A DNA stretch of 40,311 nucleotides from Lachnospiraceae bacterium (GTDB lineage Bacteria; Bacillota; Clostridia; Lachnospirales; Lachnospiraceae), in NCBI GenBank assembly GCA_017400965.1, contig JAFPRF010000004.1, positions 1 through 40,311 on the forward strand, read 5' to 3'. Below, in pieces: positions 1 through 9,585 of this stretch; within the stretch, counting starts at the first letter, position 1, and each line of letters begins with the position of its first letter. The notes below the pieces were generated by a model. It worked only from the letters and a program-made list of their open reading frames with translations, was not told the DNA's origin and ran no database searches. Position numbers and translations under genes: made by a program.

Positions 1-1134
1 GCTCTCATAGCGAACCTTGCGGCCCTCAGGTCGGGTCTCCTTACCGTAAATGGTAAAGGTGATCCTTTTATTCTTCGTGGTCGTCCCCTCGATGTAGATG
101 GGATACCCCGTATTATTCACAAACTTAAAATCCTTGCCTGCGCCCTCTGCGATCGCCGCGTCCGCGGAAGCGTCCACGTAAGTCACGATCATGGAGTGGG
201 GGCTTCGCTCGATGACGTCGAGCTCCGCGAGGAGCACTGCGTTGTAGAGCGTACTGCTTACCTGACAGATGCCGCCGCCCATGCTGTCGATGACCTTACC
301 ATTCAGGTAGGCACCCGCCATGGCATAGCCGTTTGTTGCGGTAAAGGGAGAAACCGTTGCCGTTGCCGAGAAGGTCTCGCCGGGATAGATCAGGCTTCCG
401 TTGATCTTCGAGCAACCATTTGCCACATTGCCGCTTCGGTTGGCGCCGGAGGAAGAATAGTCCGTAGTAAAAGTTCCAAGAACGTCCTTCACCTGTGCGA
501 GATCCTCCGCCGTTCCGCGGGGTTTTTCCTCAACGACGTTGAGCTTGATCCGGCAGTCACCGCCGTCCCAGGAATTCTCCAGGTAATCATAGACGATGTC
601 AATGGAGGACTCCACGTCCAGCTCGTAGCCGACCTGACCCTCCGTGATCACGAACTCTCCGTTTTCACGGGTCATCTTCGCATCTACGGGCAACTGATCA
701 TAGGTCGCCGCACGATTCACCAGCAGGTCATTTATGACACCCACGTCAAATCCAAGCTTTACTTCGTAGGTTTTATTTTCAAATAACAGGTCCTTCATCG
801 CTTTGTAGCGTTGGATGACGTTGCCTTCCATTCCAAGGCTCGCCGCCTCAGAAACAATCTCTGGATTTGCCCAAAAGATCCCCAGCTCGTCCGCCGTCAC
901 GGTCAGCTCATGGTTACCCGCCGCGATCAGCGTTACGCTACTCTTTCCCATGTCGGCAACCTTGGCGCGGATCATGGCGTCCGCCTCCTCCTGCGTCAGT
1001 CCGGCAAGGGAATCCTGATCTGCAAAAACGCCTTCCTTGATAGTCGGGGAAGACGCCTTGGCTACAGATCCCATACTGATGAATACTGCAAAGGCGCTGG
1101 CTAACAACGCGCCTTTCCAAAATGCTTTCTTCAT
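1..1134 (-). CDS. VanW family protein with signal peptide and PG-binding-like region (3' end outside window)
   Basis: Not in the ORF track; manually translated from ATG 1134: MKKAFWKGALLASAFAVFISMGSVAKA... Contains VanW motifs INGSLIYPGETFS, GGGICQVSSTLYNA, RSPHS and DFKFVNNTGYPIYI; open to the window edge. Confidence 0.9.
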   Translation of the reverse strand, partial: MKKAFWKGALLASAFAVFISMGSVAKASSPTIKEGVFADQDSLAGLTQEEADAMIRAKVADMGKSSVTLIAAGNHELTVTADELGIFWANPEIVSEAASLGMEGNVIQRYKAMKDLLFENKTYEVKLGFDVGVINDLLVNRAATYDQLPVDAKMTRENGEFVITEGQVGYELDVESSIDIVYDYLENSWDGGDCRIKLNVVEEKPRGTAEDLAQVKDVLGTFTTDYSSSGANRSGNVANGCSKINGSLIYPGETFSATATVSPFTATNGYAMAGAYLNGKVIDSMGGGICQVSSTLYNAVLLAELDVIERSPHSMIVTYVDASADAAIAEGAGKDFKFVNNTGYPIYIEGTTTKNKRITFTIYGKETRPEGRKVRYES

Positions 1135-1152
1135 TTCATCCCCACTGCTTCT

Positions 1153-1254
1153 TTACAGCGAAAAGATCAAGGGAACGATCATTGCAATCACAAGAATGAT
1201 CACAATGACGGCCGCAATGGTCTTTTTCGTCTTCCTGTTGTTAAAGTTGATCAT
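1153..1254 (-). CDS. 33-aa small single-pass membrane protein (DUF4044/Prli42-like)
   Basis: AAGGAG RBS 6 nt before ATG 1254; MINFNNRKTKKTIAAVIVIILVIAMIVPLIFSL*, a basic N-terminus plus one hydrophobic helix; lies downstream of a good promoter. Confidence 0.75.
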   Translation of the reverse strand: MINFNNRKTKKTIAAVIVIILVIAMIVPLIFSL

Positions 1255-1328
1255 CACTTACTCCTTGTATTCATTTTCTTAGGTCAAAAACCGCCCAAGG
1301 AACTGAATCCATTTCGTTCTTGACAGGT

Positions 1329-1357
1329 ATTATAGCTTAGTTCCCTGCCTTTGACAA
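1329..1357 (-). promoter_or_regulatory. sigma70/sigmaA promoter for small ORF-vanW
   Basis: TTGTCA-17 nt-TATAAT on the minus strand. Confidence 0.7.
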
Positions 1358-1411
1358 GTGGAAACGTGCCCAAAATATGGGGCCCGCGAGCGGTTTGAGA
1401 GAGCATATTGC

Positions 1412-2590
1412 TTACAGGATCGTCGGGCCGTCTCCGACCTGAACAACATAAAACGTTGCGGGATAGCCGATCTTCTTCTCGTAGGCCTCGCCAACGCGCG
1501 CAATAAAGTCATCTACGGCCTCATCCTTCACGATGCTGACGCTGCAGCCGCCAAAGCCCGCGCCGGTCATGCGCGAGCCGATCACGCCGGGTACCTTCCA
1601 GGCTTCCTCGGCAAGGGTATCGAGCTCTATGCCCGTCACTTCATAGTCATCGCGCAGAGATACGTGGGAGGCATTCATCAGCTGACCAAACTGTGCCAGG
1701 TCTCCGGCCTTCAGCGCCGCCACGGCCTTCAGCGTCCTCTGATTCTCGTAAACCGCATGCTTCGCCCGCTTTCTGCGTACGTCGTCCTTGATGGCATCCT
1801 TGTATTTTTCAAAGGTCGCCTCATCCAGCTCGCCCAGGTTCTTTACGTCGATCACCTTCTGAAGCTCTGCCAGTGCCGTCTCGCACTCGCTTCTTCTTTC
1901 GTTGTACTTCGAATCTCCAAGGCCGCGCTTTTTATTGCTGCTAGAGATCACAATCTTCGCGCCGTCAAGCACAACAGGCGCATACTCATACTGGAGCGTT
2001 GCGGTGTCGAGGAAGATCGCGCAGTCCTTCTTGCCCATGGCGATGGCGAACTGATCCATGATGCCACAGTTTACCAAATTGTACTTATTCTCCGAATACT
2101 GACCGATGAGGGCCAGGTCCTGATTGGTCACTTCAAAGCCGAACAGATCGCGCAAGATCGATCCCGTCAGTACCTCCACGGAAGCAGAGGAAGAAAGGCC
2201 GGAACCATTGGGAATGTTGCCAAAGAGCAGAAGGTCAATGCCCACGGGCATCTTCATGCCGCGCTGCTCGAAGGCCCACATCACGCCCTTCGGATAGGCC
2301 GTCCAGTTTTTGTCCCCGCCGGGAACAAAGCTCTTTAGGGACGATTCGATCACGCCCCTTTGCTCAAAATTCATGGAGAAAAAGCGAAGCTTATTGTCCT
2401 CGCGCTTTCTCGCAACGCCATAGGTACCAATGTTCAGCGCACAGGGGAACACGTGTCCTCCGTTGTAATCCGTGTGCTCACCGATGAGGTTTACGCGTCC
2501 CGGTGCGAAATACACCTTTGCACCCTCCGCCGAGCCATACACCTCCGCAAACTTTTGAAGAACTGTCTCTTTTATTGAACTCATTTCCAC
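1412..2590 (-). CDS. galK: galactokinase
   Basis: APGRVNLIGEHTDYNGG, PNGSGLSSSAS, CGIMDQ and GSRMTGAGFGGC motifs. Confidence 0.97.
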   Translation of the reverse strand: MEMSSIKETVLQKFAEVYGSAEGAKVYFAPGRVNLIGEHTDYNGGHVFPCALNIGTYGVARKREDNKLRFFSMNFEQRGVIESSLKSFVPGGDKNWTAYPKGVMWAFEQRGMKMPVGIDLLLFGNIPNGSGLSSSASVEVLTGSILRDLFGFEVTNQDLALIGQYSENKYNLVNCGIMDQFAIAMGKKDCAIFLDTATLQYEYAPVVLDGAKIVISSSNKKRGLGDSKYNERRSECETALAELQKVIDVKNLGELDEATFEKYKDAIKDDVRRKRAKHAVYENQRTLKAVAALKAGDLAQFGQLMNASHVSLRDDYEVTGIELDTLAEEAWKVPGVIGSRMTGAGFGGCSVSIVKDEAVDDFIARVGEAYEKKIGYPATFYVVQVGDGPTIL

Positions 2591-2602
2591 ATCTCTCCAT
2601 CC

Positions 2603-4057
2603 TTATTTCATAAATACGAACTCTTCCATCTCGCAGATCGTTCTGCCGTCAAAGAAGCTGCTCGTCCACGCGCCCTTGGGAAGACCCAGGTCCGCCACAA
2701 AATACAAGGCATGACGCCCCGTCACGTTCTCCACTCTTCCGCGGTAAACGCCGTCACCAAGACCGATCTCCACGACACCGATCTCGCGGCCTGCCTGCTT
2801 CTTGCCCTCCGAAGAGTACCAGATGATCTCCAGACCTTCCTGCGTCATGCAGCCATGGCCTTCCGCGGGCGCTTCGCTTTGCTCGCCCTGCTCGGCAGCC
2901 AGCTCCTCAGCGGTCTGAGTGCCGTCGATCCATACGTGAAGCTTACCCTTGCAGCCCATGCCGACCACCTTTACGGCCAGCTCCATGGTCTTTGTGGAAT
3001 CATCCTCACCAAAATCAAAATACTTAAAGCCTACAACGCAGCCGTCGGCCACCTTCGTCACGACGCGGCGGAAAACATCCTTCTCGGTCACAAAACAGCC
3101 GCCCTTTAATACGCAGGCGATCTCTGCCTTCACGGGCTCATAGGGCGTTAAGGACTCCTCAAAGCCCAGGGAGGTCATCTCCACGGGAGGGATGGTGCCA
3201 TCCGGTAAGATCTGCACTTTCTCAACGCAAGCCCTTCTGGAGAACACGGAATCGTTGGTCATGCGATGATAGAACACGTACCACTGGTCACCGATCTTGC
3301 AAAGGGAACCGTGATTGTTGCCGCCGGGATAATCAATGCCGTTATCGATCAGATATCCGCGATAGGTAAAAGGCCCCGTCGGGGAATCGGAGGTCGCATA
3401 GGCCAGGCGGCTTCCCTTTCTGGGCGAATAGATCAAATAATAGGTATCCCCGATCTTTCTCGGAGAGCTTGCCTCATAGAAGCGCTTCTCCACCGGAACC
3501 TCGGCGCGATCATCCATCACGCGCTTTTTCAGGCTCCCAGGCAGTACCTTGTACATGGTCTCAGGGTCAAGCTCGTTCATGTTGGAGCCCTCAAAACCAT
3601 AGTAAATATAGACCTTCCCGTCATCATCCACGAGTACGCCAGGGTCGTTGTATATACCGTCATCCCCTGCATCCTCTGGCGCATACTCGTAGGTCGAGAG
3701 GAACTTGAAGGGTCCCTCGGGCTTATCGCTCACGCTAACGCATCCCTTCGCGCCAACAATGTAGGTAAACAGGTAATACTTTCCGTCTTTTTCCACCACG
3801 TCAGGCGCGTACAGCTCGTTGCTGGTGTGCGGCACGCTGGATTCATGATCCGTATCCGGACGGGTCTGGAAAATGTGTCCGTGGCAAACCCAGTGATTTA
3901 GGTCATTCACTGAGGCACTCCACGCCTTTAACTTATAATCACAAAATCTGCTACAGCCGTATCTGTCATGAGATCCATACAGATACACCCTGTCTCCAAA
4001 CAATCTCGGCTCCCCGTCGGGGATGCATTCCCAAAGGGGAAGTATCGGATTTGGCAT
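2603..4057 (-). CDS. glycoside hydrolase family 43 with C-terminal CBM6-like module, no signal peptide
   Basis: NPILP...PDGEP...RVYLYGSHD, LYAPDV, NDPGVLVDDDG, FYEASS, NNHGS and FYHR motifs; C-terminal FKYFDFG...GRHALYF. Confidence 0.88.
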   Translation of the reverse strand: MPNPILPLWECIPDGEPRLFGDRVYLYGSHDRYGCSRFCDYKLKAWSASVNDLNHWVCHGHIFQTRPDTDHESSVPHTSNELYAPDVVEKDGKYYLFTYIVGAKGCVSVSDKPEGPFKFLSTYEYAPEDAGDDGIYNDPGVLVDDDGKVYIYYGFEGSNMNELDPETMYKVLPGSLKKRVMDDRAEVPVEKRFYEASSPRKIGDTYYLIYSPRKGSRLAYATSDSPTGPFTYRGYLIDNGIDYPGGNNHGSLCKIGDQWYVFYHRMTNDSVFSRRACVEKVQILPDGTIPPVEMTSLGFEESLTPYEPVKAEIACVLKGGCFVTEKDVFRRVVTKVADGCVVGFKYFDFGEDDSTKTMELAVKVVGMGCKGKLHVWIDGTQTAEELAAEQGEQSEAPAEGHGCMTQEGLEIIWYSSEGKKQAGREIGVVEIGLGDGVYRGRVENVTGRHALYFVADLGLPKGAWTSSFFDGRTICEMEEFVFMK

Positions 4058-4077
4058 TTATTTTTCCTCCTAATGCT

Positions 4078-7000
4078 TTATTCTGCGTCGTTTTTCTCTT
4101 TCATGATCTCGCGAAGAACGGTGTCGTAGATGTTCTCATCCATGATGCCCTCCTGCGTGCGAAGTCTTTTAGCGATCCTAAACCGCATGGTGATGGGCTT
4201 GTCGTCCACGATGTTGATCTTGCTGAGACGCTCTCGCAACTGCTTTGCCGTCTCCTCAAGCTTTCGCACGCTGTTGGCATGCAAAAGAATGCCAAACACG
4301 GAACCCTTGGTCCTTGCGACGACGCCGCATCGACCGATCACCTCTAAGATGGCGGCACCGATCTCCTTCAATACGGCGTTGGCAAATTCGGTCCCGTAAG
4401 TCTCCACAATGCGCTCATGTCGCAAATTGCGAAGCAGGATGATGCCGTAATTCTCTTCCTGTTCATGATAACGGAACGCGTAATCGATCAAGGCATCCAC
4501 GAAAGCATGGGCATCCATGAGATTGGTCACGGGATCCTGATTGAACTTATGCGCACTGGACTGCATGCCCTTGAGCTCGGCATCTGCATCGAGGAAGAAC
4601 CCTGCAATGCCCACAATAAAGCCGTCCTTGTAAATCGGCATCTTACTGTAGACAATGTTTCGGATCGTGCCGTTCGCAATACATTGTCCGGGTTCGTTGA
4701 TCAATCGCGTGCCTCTCTGGATCACTTCGATCTCCTGCGCGCGGTAGGTTTCCTCGCTCACGTGGAGATTTAAGTCCTCATTGGTCTTACCAATAATCTC
4801 CTCTACCGAATGATATCCAAAGAAATCAAGGTACGCCTGGCTCGCGCCGAGGAACCTCCGATTCTGATCCTTCCAGAAGTACTTCACGCTGGAATTCCAG
4901 AGCATGTTGTCCCAAAGCAGGCGATAGGATGCGTCATCGCTCTTGATCGCGTCAGGGGCATTTGCGCTAAGAAGTCCTCCAACGCCTTCTCCCTCCTGAC
5001 TCTTCATACTCCAGTAGGGCTTCACGCAGTAGAGGAACTCCTGCGCATTGGTGTCAGGAATGATCATCAGCGAAACCTCTGCCATGCGATAGTTGCCGTC
5101 CGGCTGTTTGATCTGGAATACGTCCGTCACGTAGCCAAAGGGCGAATGCTCGATCCTTTCACGCAAGGTGGAGAAGTCCATAAACGCACGGTAGCGGATC
5201 CTCTCCGTCGGGAAGATGTTGTTGTCCGCAAAGAACAGATTGTTACGTAATAAGCTCCCCTTCTCGGTTGAATCCACCTTCATGTTGGCGGAAGTGCCAA
5301 GAAGCGGCATCAGCGTTTGATTCTTCATGTCTGCGTGCAGGATCACCTTGAACAGGAGATTCAGCGCGCGCAATTTATTGTCGAGGCGCTCCGTCTGCTG
5401 CGCGTTGGGATCCGACGCCATGTTGTAAAGGGCCGCCCTGATGATGCTGTGACCGTCCTGCTGTACCATGGCCTGGCCGCGCAGGCACAGGTAGCCCTTT
5501 CCAGTTGAGTAATAGAAGATTTCCGGATTTCCAGTCGCCTTCATTTTATCCGCGAACTCACGGTATCTCGTCAGCAGCGGTGATGCGCTGTGATAAATGC
5601 GATTGTCAATCTCGGCAAGGGTCAAGTTGCTCATGCCGATCTGCTCGCGATACGGCTCATTCATAAAGAGCGTGCGGAAGTTTTTCCCGTCGTCCTCAAT
5701 GACCTCGAGGGGTGCGTCCGTTGTCTTCACGCAGAAGCTCGCCACCTCGTAGAAGTGCCTCCACTTACGCGTTTCGATCGGGATTCCCTTTTCCATCAAG
5801 TGTTCAAACAGATCCTCGATTGGCTCGGGTTTTCCGTAGTAATAACCCTGGATTTGCTCGCAACCGATGTCTCGCAGGTAATCCAGGTGTTCCTTGGTCT
5901 CCACGCCTTCTGCCAGCGTCTTGATGCCAAGGTCCTTCGCCATGAGGATGGCGGAACGCATGATGTCGCGGGATTTATTCGTAAAGTTTGACAGGAAATT
6001 CATGTCGAGCTTTAGCATGTCAAACTGATAATCCTTGAGGACGGTCAGGGAAGAATAGCCGCTTCCGAAATCGTCCATCCAGATCTCGTAGCCGGCTGCG
6101 CGGAAGCCGTCAATGACGCTGCGCATCAGGGTTTCATCGGAGGCAATCATGCTCTCCGTGATCTCGATGTGCACGTAATCGCGGGGGATCTCATATTTTT
6201 CAACGGCCGTCTCCACGACCTTTAACATGTCACACATGACAAAGTCAAGTCTCGAGAAGTTGACCGAAACGGGAACGATGGGCTGTTTATTGACGACGCG
6301 CTCATGCATCATCTTGCAGACCTGCTCCACCACGTAGGAATCGAGCTTATGAATCTGTCGGCTCTCCTCCAAAACACTGATAAACGCGCCCGGCATGATA
6401 AAGCCAAACTTGGGATCGTTCCAGCGCACCAGGGATTCCATACCGCAAAGTCGACCTGTGATGGAACGGATGACCGGCTGGTAGTACACCTTGATCCAGC
6501 CCTTATCCAAGGCTTCGTCGAAGCTCCGTACCAAGTGCTCCGCAAGGTTTCGCTGTTTCGCGATCTGCTCGGAATACTCAATGCGATAAATGTCCGCGAG
6601 ATACTTGATCTGATCGCAGGCGATCTTTGCGTAGGACACCGCCTTCTCCGCATCAAAACTATCGTTTGGCGTAAAGGCGTAATAGCCCCATTTACCGATG
6701 ACGCCAAAGCGGTCACCGTTTCTTTTGCGGAAGTGCGCCCTGGAGATCTCCATGCGGTCCTCGAGGCCGTCGAGCTTATCCATGATCACAAAGTGATCGT
6801 CGGAAAGTCTCGCCATAAACGCATCCTCAAAGGCGTAGCTTAAGCTGTCCGCAATGCTGCGAAGGCAGGCATCGCCCTCATCAATGCCCTTATTGACGTT
6901 CAAAAGCTTGAAATTCACAAGATTCAAGTACGCAACGGCATATTTTTCTTCCGTCTTCCCGCTCAGGCTCCGGCTAAAGTCCGTAACGTAATTCTGGAAC

Positions 7001-7443
7001 CTCGATTTTCCATAGAGACCGGTGACGGAGTCATAATCCGCGTTGCCGTTGTCATGCTCTCTAGAGATGAGGAAGCTATAAAATACGGGACCCAGCTTTT
7101 CATCCTGCACCAGCGACCAGTGCTCCTCAGCGAGAAGCAGGTTCCCCGTTTTCGTCACAATATGATAAAACAGGCGACCCGTAGTCTGCTTCTTTTCTTT
7201 GACCTGGAGCATGATCTCCTTGTAGATGCTCGCATACTGCGTTTTGCTCACCATTCCCTCAAAGGAATTTCCCACTTGCTTAACGAAATCCTCGTAGCTG
7301 TCGCTCTCAAATAAACGAATCAGGGATTGATTCGCATAATAAATCTCCCACCGATTCTCCGCGCTGCAGACAAAGGCTGCCGCGGCCATATGCTCCACAA
7401 ATTCTTTTCCCGTTCTGCTAATCTGATTTACGTCTGTAGCCAT
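4078..7443 (-). CDS. c-di-GMP phosphodiesterase: PAS-like/degenerate GGDEF/EAL/PAS/degenerate GGDEF
   Basis: EAL motifs ESLVRW, VSVNFS, IEITES, DDFGSGYSSL, KLD, EGVET, QGY. GGDEF positions read SDDHF and KGSVF. Start moved to ATG 7443 (GGAG RBS; the promoter overlaps the longer start). Confidence 0.9.
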   Translation of the reverse strand: MATDVNQISRTGKEFVEHMAAAAFVCSAENRWEIYYANQSLIRLFESDSYEDFVKQVGNSFEGMVSKTQYASIYKEIMLQVKEKKQTTGRLFYHIVTKTGNLLLAEEHWSLVQDEKLGPVFYSFLISREHDNGNADYDSVTGLYGKSRFQNYVTDFSRSLSGKTEEKYAVAYLNLVNFKLLNVNKGIDEGDACLRSIADSLSYAFEDAFMARLSDDHFVIMDKLDGLEDRMEISRAHFRKRNGDRFGVIGKWGYYAFTPNDSFDAEKAVSYAKIACDQIKYLADIYRIEYSEQIAKQRNLAEHLVRSFDEALDKGWIKVYYQPVIRSITGRLCGMESLVRWNDPKFGFIMPGAFISVLEESRQIHKLDSYVVEQVCKMMHERVVNKQPIVPVSVNFSRLDFVMCDMLKVVETAVEKYEIPRDYVHIEITESMIASDETLMRSVIDGFRAAGYEIWMDDFGSGYSSLTVLKDYQFDMLKLDMNFLSNFTNKSRDIMRSAILMAKDLGIKTLAEGVETKEHLDYLRDIGCEQIQGYYYGKPEPIEDLFEHLMEKGIPIETRKWRHFYEVASFCVKTTDAPLEVIEDDGKNFRTLFMNEPYREQIGMSNLTLAEIDNRIYHSASPLLTRYREFADKMKATGNPEIFYYSTGKGYLCLRGQAMVQQDGHSIIRAALYNMASDPNAQQTERLDNKLRALNLLFKVILHADMKNQTLMPLLGTSANMKVDSTEKGSLLRNNLFFADNNIFPTERIRYRAFMDFSTLRERIEHSPFGYVTDVFQIKQPDGNYRMAEVSLMIIPDTNAQEFLYCVKPYWSMKSQEGEGVGGLLSANAPDAIKSDDASYRLLWDNMLWNSSVKYFWKDQNRRFLGASQAYLDFFGYHSVEEIIGKTNEDLNLHVSEETYRAQEIEVIQRGTRLINEPGQCIANGTIRNIVYSKMPIYKDGFIVGIAGFFLDADAELKGMQSSAHKFNQDPVTNLMDAHAFVDALIDYAFRYHEQEENYGIILLRNLRHERIVETYGTEFANAVLKEIGAAILEVIGRCGVVARTKGSVFGILLHANSVRKLEETAKQLRERLSKINIVDDKPITMRFRIAKRLRTQEGIMDENIYDTVLREIMKEKNDAE

Positions 7444-7493
7444 ATCGTTTCTCCATCTTAAAACACTGGTTAAAGAAGGGTATATTCGATTAT

Positions 7494-7522
7494 AGTATAC
7501 CATAAAACGCCCGTATTGTCTA
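7494..7522 (-). promoter_or_regulatory. extended -10 promoter for the EAL gene
   Basis: TAGACA-17 nt-TATACT with a TG-N extension. Confidence 0.6.
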
Positions 7523-7544
7523 ATCTTTTCAGATATGGAGGCAT

Positions 7545-7579
7545 AAAAAACGTGCCCGAAGTTCTCCGCCGGGCACGTT
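7545..7579 (-). terminator. rho-independent terminator after aldo/keto reductase
   Basis: AACGTGCCCG/CGGGCACGTT stem running into a T6 tract on minus, 10 nt after the stop. Confidence 0.8.
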
Positions 7580-7588
7580 CCAAAATCC

Positions 7589-8725
7589 TTATAATACCAT
7601 TTCCTTCTTTTCCAGGTCGGCCTGTACCTTTTTCAGGTCCTCCCTGATCGCCAAATGCTGAGGACAAGCCTTCTCGCACTTACCGCATTCCTTACAGTTC
7701 TTCGCCTGCTTGCCTTCGCGTCCCATGTTCTCCCACTGCCAGCCGACAACGCCGTAATTCTGGTACATGTGGTAGCGATTCCAAACGCTGAAGTTCCCGG
7801 GAATGTCCACGCCAAACGGGCAAGGCATGCAGTATCTGCAGCCGGTGCAGCCGTTCTGGATGCGGCTGTTCATGATCTCCTTGACTTTCTCAATGGCCTG
7901 ATATTCCTTCTCCTCCATGGGCTCGAAGTTCTCGAAGGTCTTCAGGTTATCCTCCACCTGCTCCATGGTGGACATGCCGCTGAGCACCGTTAAGATGTTG
8001 GGCATCGTTGCCACGTAGCGAAGCGCGATGGATGCTGCGGATGCGCCGGGCTTTACGGCATGGAACACGTCCATGATGTCCTGCGCGAACGTCGCAAGAG
8101 AACCACCCTTGATGGGCTCCATGATGGTCAGAGGAATACCCTTATCCTCTGCGAGCTTATAGCCCTTCAGGCCTGCCTGCTCCTCGGTATCCATGTAGTT
8201 TAACTGGATCTGGCAGAAATCCCAATCCCTATAGTTTATGATCTCTTCAAAGGTCTCGTACGCATCGTGGAAGGAGAAGCCAAGGTACTTGATCTTACCC
8301 TCTGCCTTTAATTCTTCAAGGCGCTCCACAACGCCAAGGCCTACCATCTTATCCCAGCTGCCCTTGTTCATGGCATGCATCAGGTAAAAGTCCACATAGT
8401 CCACCTGGAGCTTTCCGAGCTGCTCGTTGAAAAGTCTGTCCACGTCGGAGAGCTGGTTTACGTTCCAGCAGGGAAGCTTTGTCGCGAGATAGAAGGAATC
8501 ACGAGGGTACTTTTTCAGCACCTTGCCGACAAAGAGTTCGCTCTCGCCGCCGTGATAGGGATATGCGGTGTCTATGTAATTTACGCCTGCCGCGATGGCC
8601 TTATCCATCATCTTCTCCGCAAGCACCTGATCGATCTTTCCGTCAGGTCCCGTGGGAAACCTCATGCACCCAAATCCCAAGAGGGAAACGTCAATGCCTA
8701 ACTTATCGAATCTTCTCTTTTCCAT
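7589..8725 (-). CDS. aldo/keto reductase with C-terminal 4Fe-4S dicluster
   Basis: LGFGCMRFP, IDTAYPYHGG.SE, LATKLP, YLMHA; CTGCRYCMPCP and CKECGKCEKACPQ. Confidence 0.93.
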   Translation of the reverse strand: MEKRRFDKLGIDVSLLGFGCMRFPTGPDGKIDQVLAEKMMDKAIAAGVNYIDTAYPYHGGESELFVGKVLKKYPRDSFYLATKLPCWNVNQLSDVDRLFNEQLGKLQVDYVDFYLMHAMNKGSWDKMVGLGVVERLEELKAEGKIKYLGFSFHDAYETFEEIINYRDWDFCQIQLNYMDTEEQAGLKGYKLAEDKGIPLTIMEPIKGGSLATFAQDIMDVFHAVKPGASAASIALRYVATMPNILTVLSGMSTMEQVEDNLKTFENFEPMEEKEYQAIEKVKEIMNSRIQNGCTGCRYCMPCPFGVDIPGNFSVWNRYHMYQNYGVVGWQWENMGREGKQAKNCKECGKCEKACPQHLAIREDLKKVQADLEKKEMVL

Positions 8726-8812
8726 AGAATACCCCTTTCTGAATAATTACATCATATCACGTATCTAATGGATTTGTCTTCTTTATTGCCTAGATTTTCT
8801 CAATAATTCTTC

Positions 8813-9523
8813 CTACTTTTTGTCGTCCTGCGTTTCCAGAAAGCTTTGGAAGGATTGCCCTTCGGGCGTGATCACAAAGTGCATGTTTTTTTTCGTGACG
8901 GGATGCTGGAAATCGAGCGAAGCGGCGCACAGGGCAACGCTTCGAACGCCCTTTTGCCGGCCGACTTCGCATGACGCCGTCGACCCATATTTTTGATCTC
9001 CCAGGATCGGATGTCCCGCGTTTGACAGTTGCGCCCGGATCTGGTGAAAGCGGCCCGTCTCGATCTGCACCTCCAAAAGGGAGGCATCGTCTCCAAAACT
9101 TTGCAACGTACGGTACGACAGCGCGGCTCTCTTCGCCTGTGGATTTTCAGACGCCTGCCCCGTGACAACCCGCGCCATGTTCCCGTCTTTTACGAGATCA
9201 TCCAAAAGTTCGCCCGCTTCCTTCTCCATTTTTCCACAGATCACGGCAAGGTAGGTTTTATTCAGGCTCCCCTTTTGCAGCTGCTTGGTAAGCGCTGCGG
9301 CAGCAACCCTCGTTTTCGCAAAGACCAAGAGCCCTTCCACGGGCTGATCCAGGCGGTGTACGACACCCAAGTAAAGCTCCTTTTGCGTGCCGCTCTTTTT
9401 CAGATATCCCTTGAGCTCGCTTTCCGCATCCATCTGCCCCGTTCTTGCGCTCTCCGTCGCTAGCCCGGCGGGCTTATGGACAACGAGAAGCTCGCCATCC
9501 TCATATATGATCTTACAACGCAT
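8813..9523 (-). CDS. RluA family RNA pseudouridine synthase
   Basis: VHKPAGL, HRLDQPVEGL (catalytic Asp), TGRFHQIR, GHPILGDQKYG; start set to ATG 9523 after a GGAAGG-like RBS. Confidence 0.92.
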   Translation of the reverse strand: MRCKIIYEDGELLVVHKPAGLATESARTGQMDAESELKGYLKKSGTQKELYLGVVHRLDQPVEGLLVFAKTRVAAAALTKQLQKGSLNKTYLAVICGKMEKEAGELLDDLVKDGNMARVVTGQASENPQAKRAALSYRTLQSFGDDASLLEVQIETGRFHQIRAQLSNAGHPILGDQKYGSTASCEVGRQKGVRSVALCAASLDFQHPVTKKNMHFVITPEGQSFQSFLETQDDKK

Positions 9524-9551
9524 TTTTGTTCCCTTCCCGATCATATGACGA

Positions 9552-9575
9552 GAGCGGCGAATGACTTCGCCGCTC
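9552..9575. terminator. GC-rich hairpin after the diguanylate cyclase (weak terminator or mRNA-stabilising stem)
   Basis: GAGCGGCGAA-TGAC-TTCGCCGCTC perfect 10-bp stem; no U-tract. Confidence 0.45.
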
Positions 9576-9585
9576 GTGTAATCTA

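Noticed and set aside
1-1134. Vancomycin resistance locus
   Set aside because: VanW-like domains are widespread cell-envelope proteins; no vanA/B ligase, vanH, vanX or vanRS nearby in this window.
1320-1356. Two TTGACA hexamers on the plus strand (possible antisense promoter to galK)
   Set aside because: No acceptable -10 at 16-18 nt from either; the second is mostly the complement of the minus-strand -35.
1358-2338. 326-aa plus-strand ORF (likewise 196-786, 3266-3901, 12920-13570, 27234-28196, 34534-35316)
   Set aside because: Antisense shadows of well-supported minus-strand genes; no recognisable motifs, and expected from codon bias at this GC content.
7444-7503. Longest-ORF start codons from the track (also 11004, 12521, 12943, 15234, 16881, 18176, 24516, 28181, 37362)
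   Set aside because: These extensions overlap promoters or upstream genes; the downstream ATGs mostly have clear RBSs and match family N-termini.
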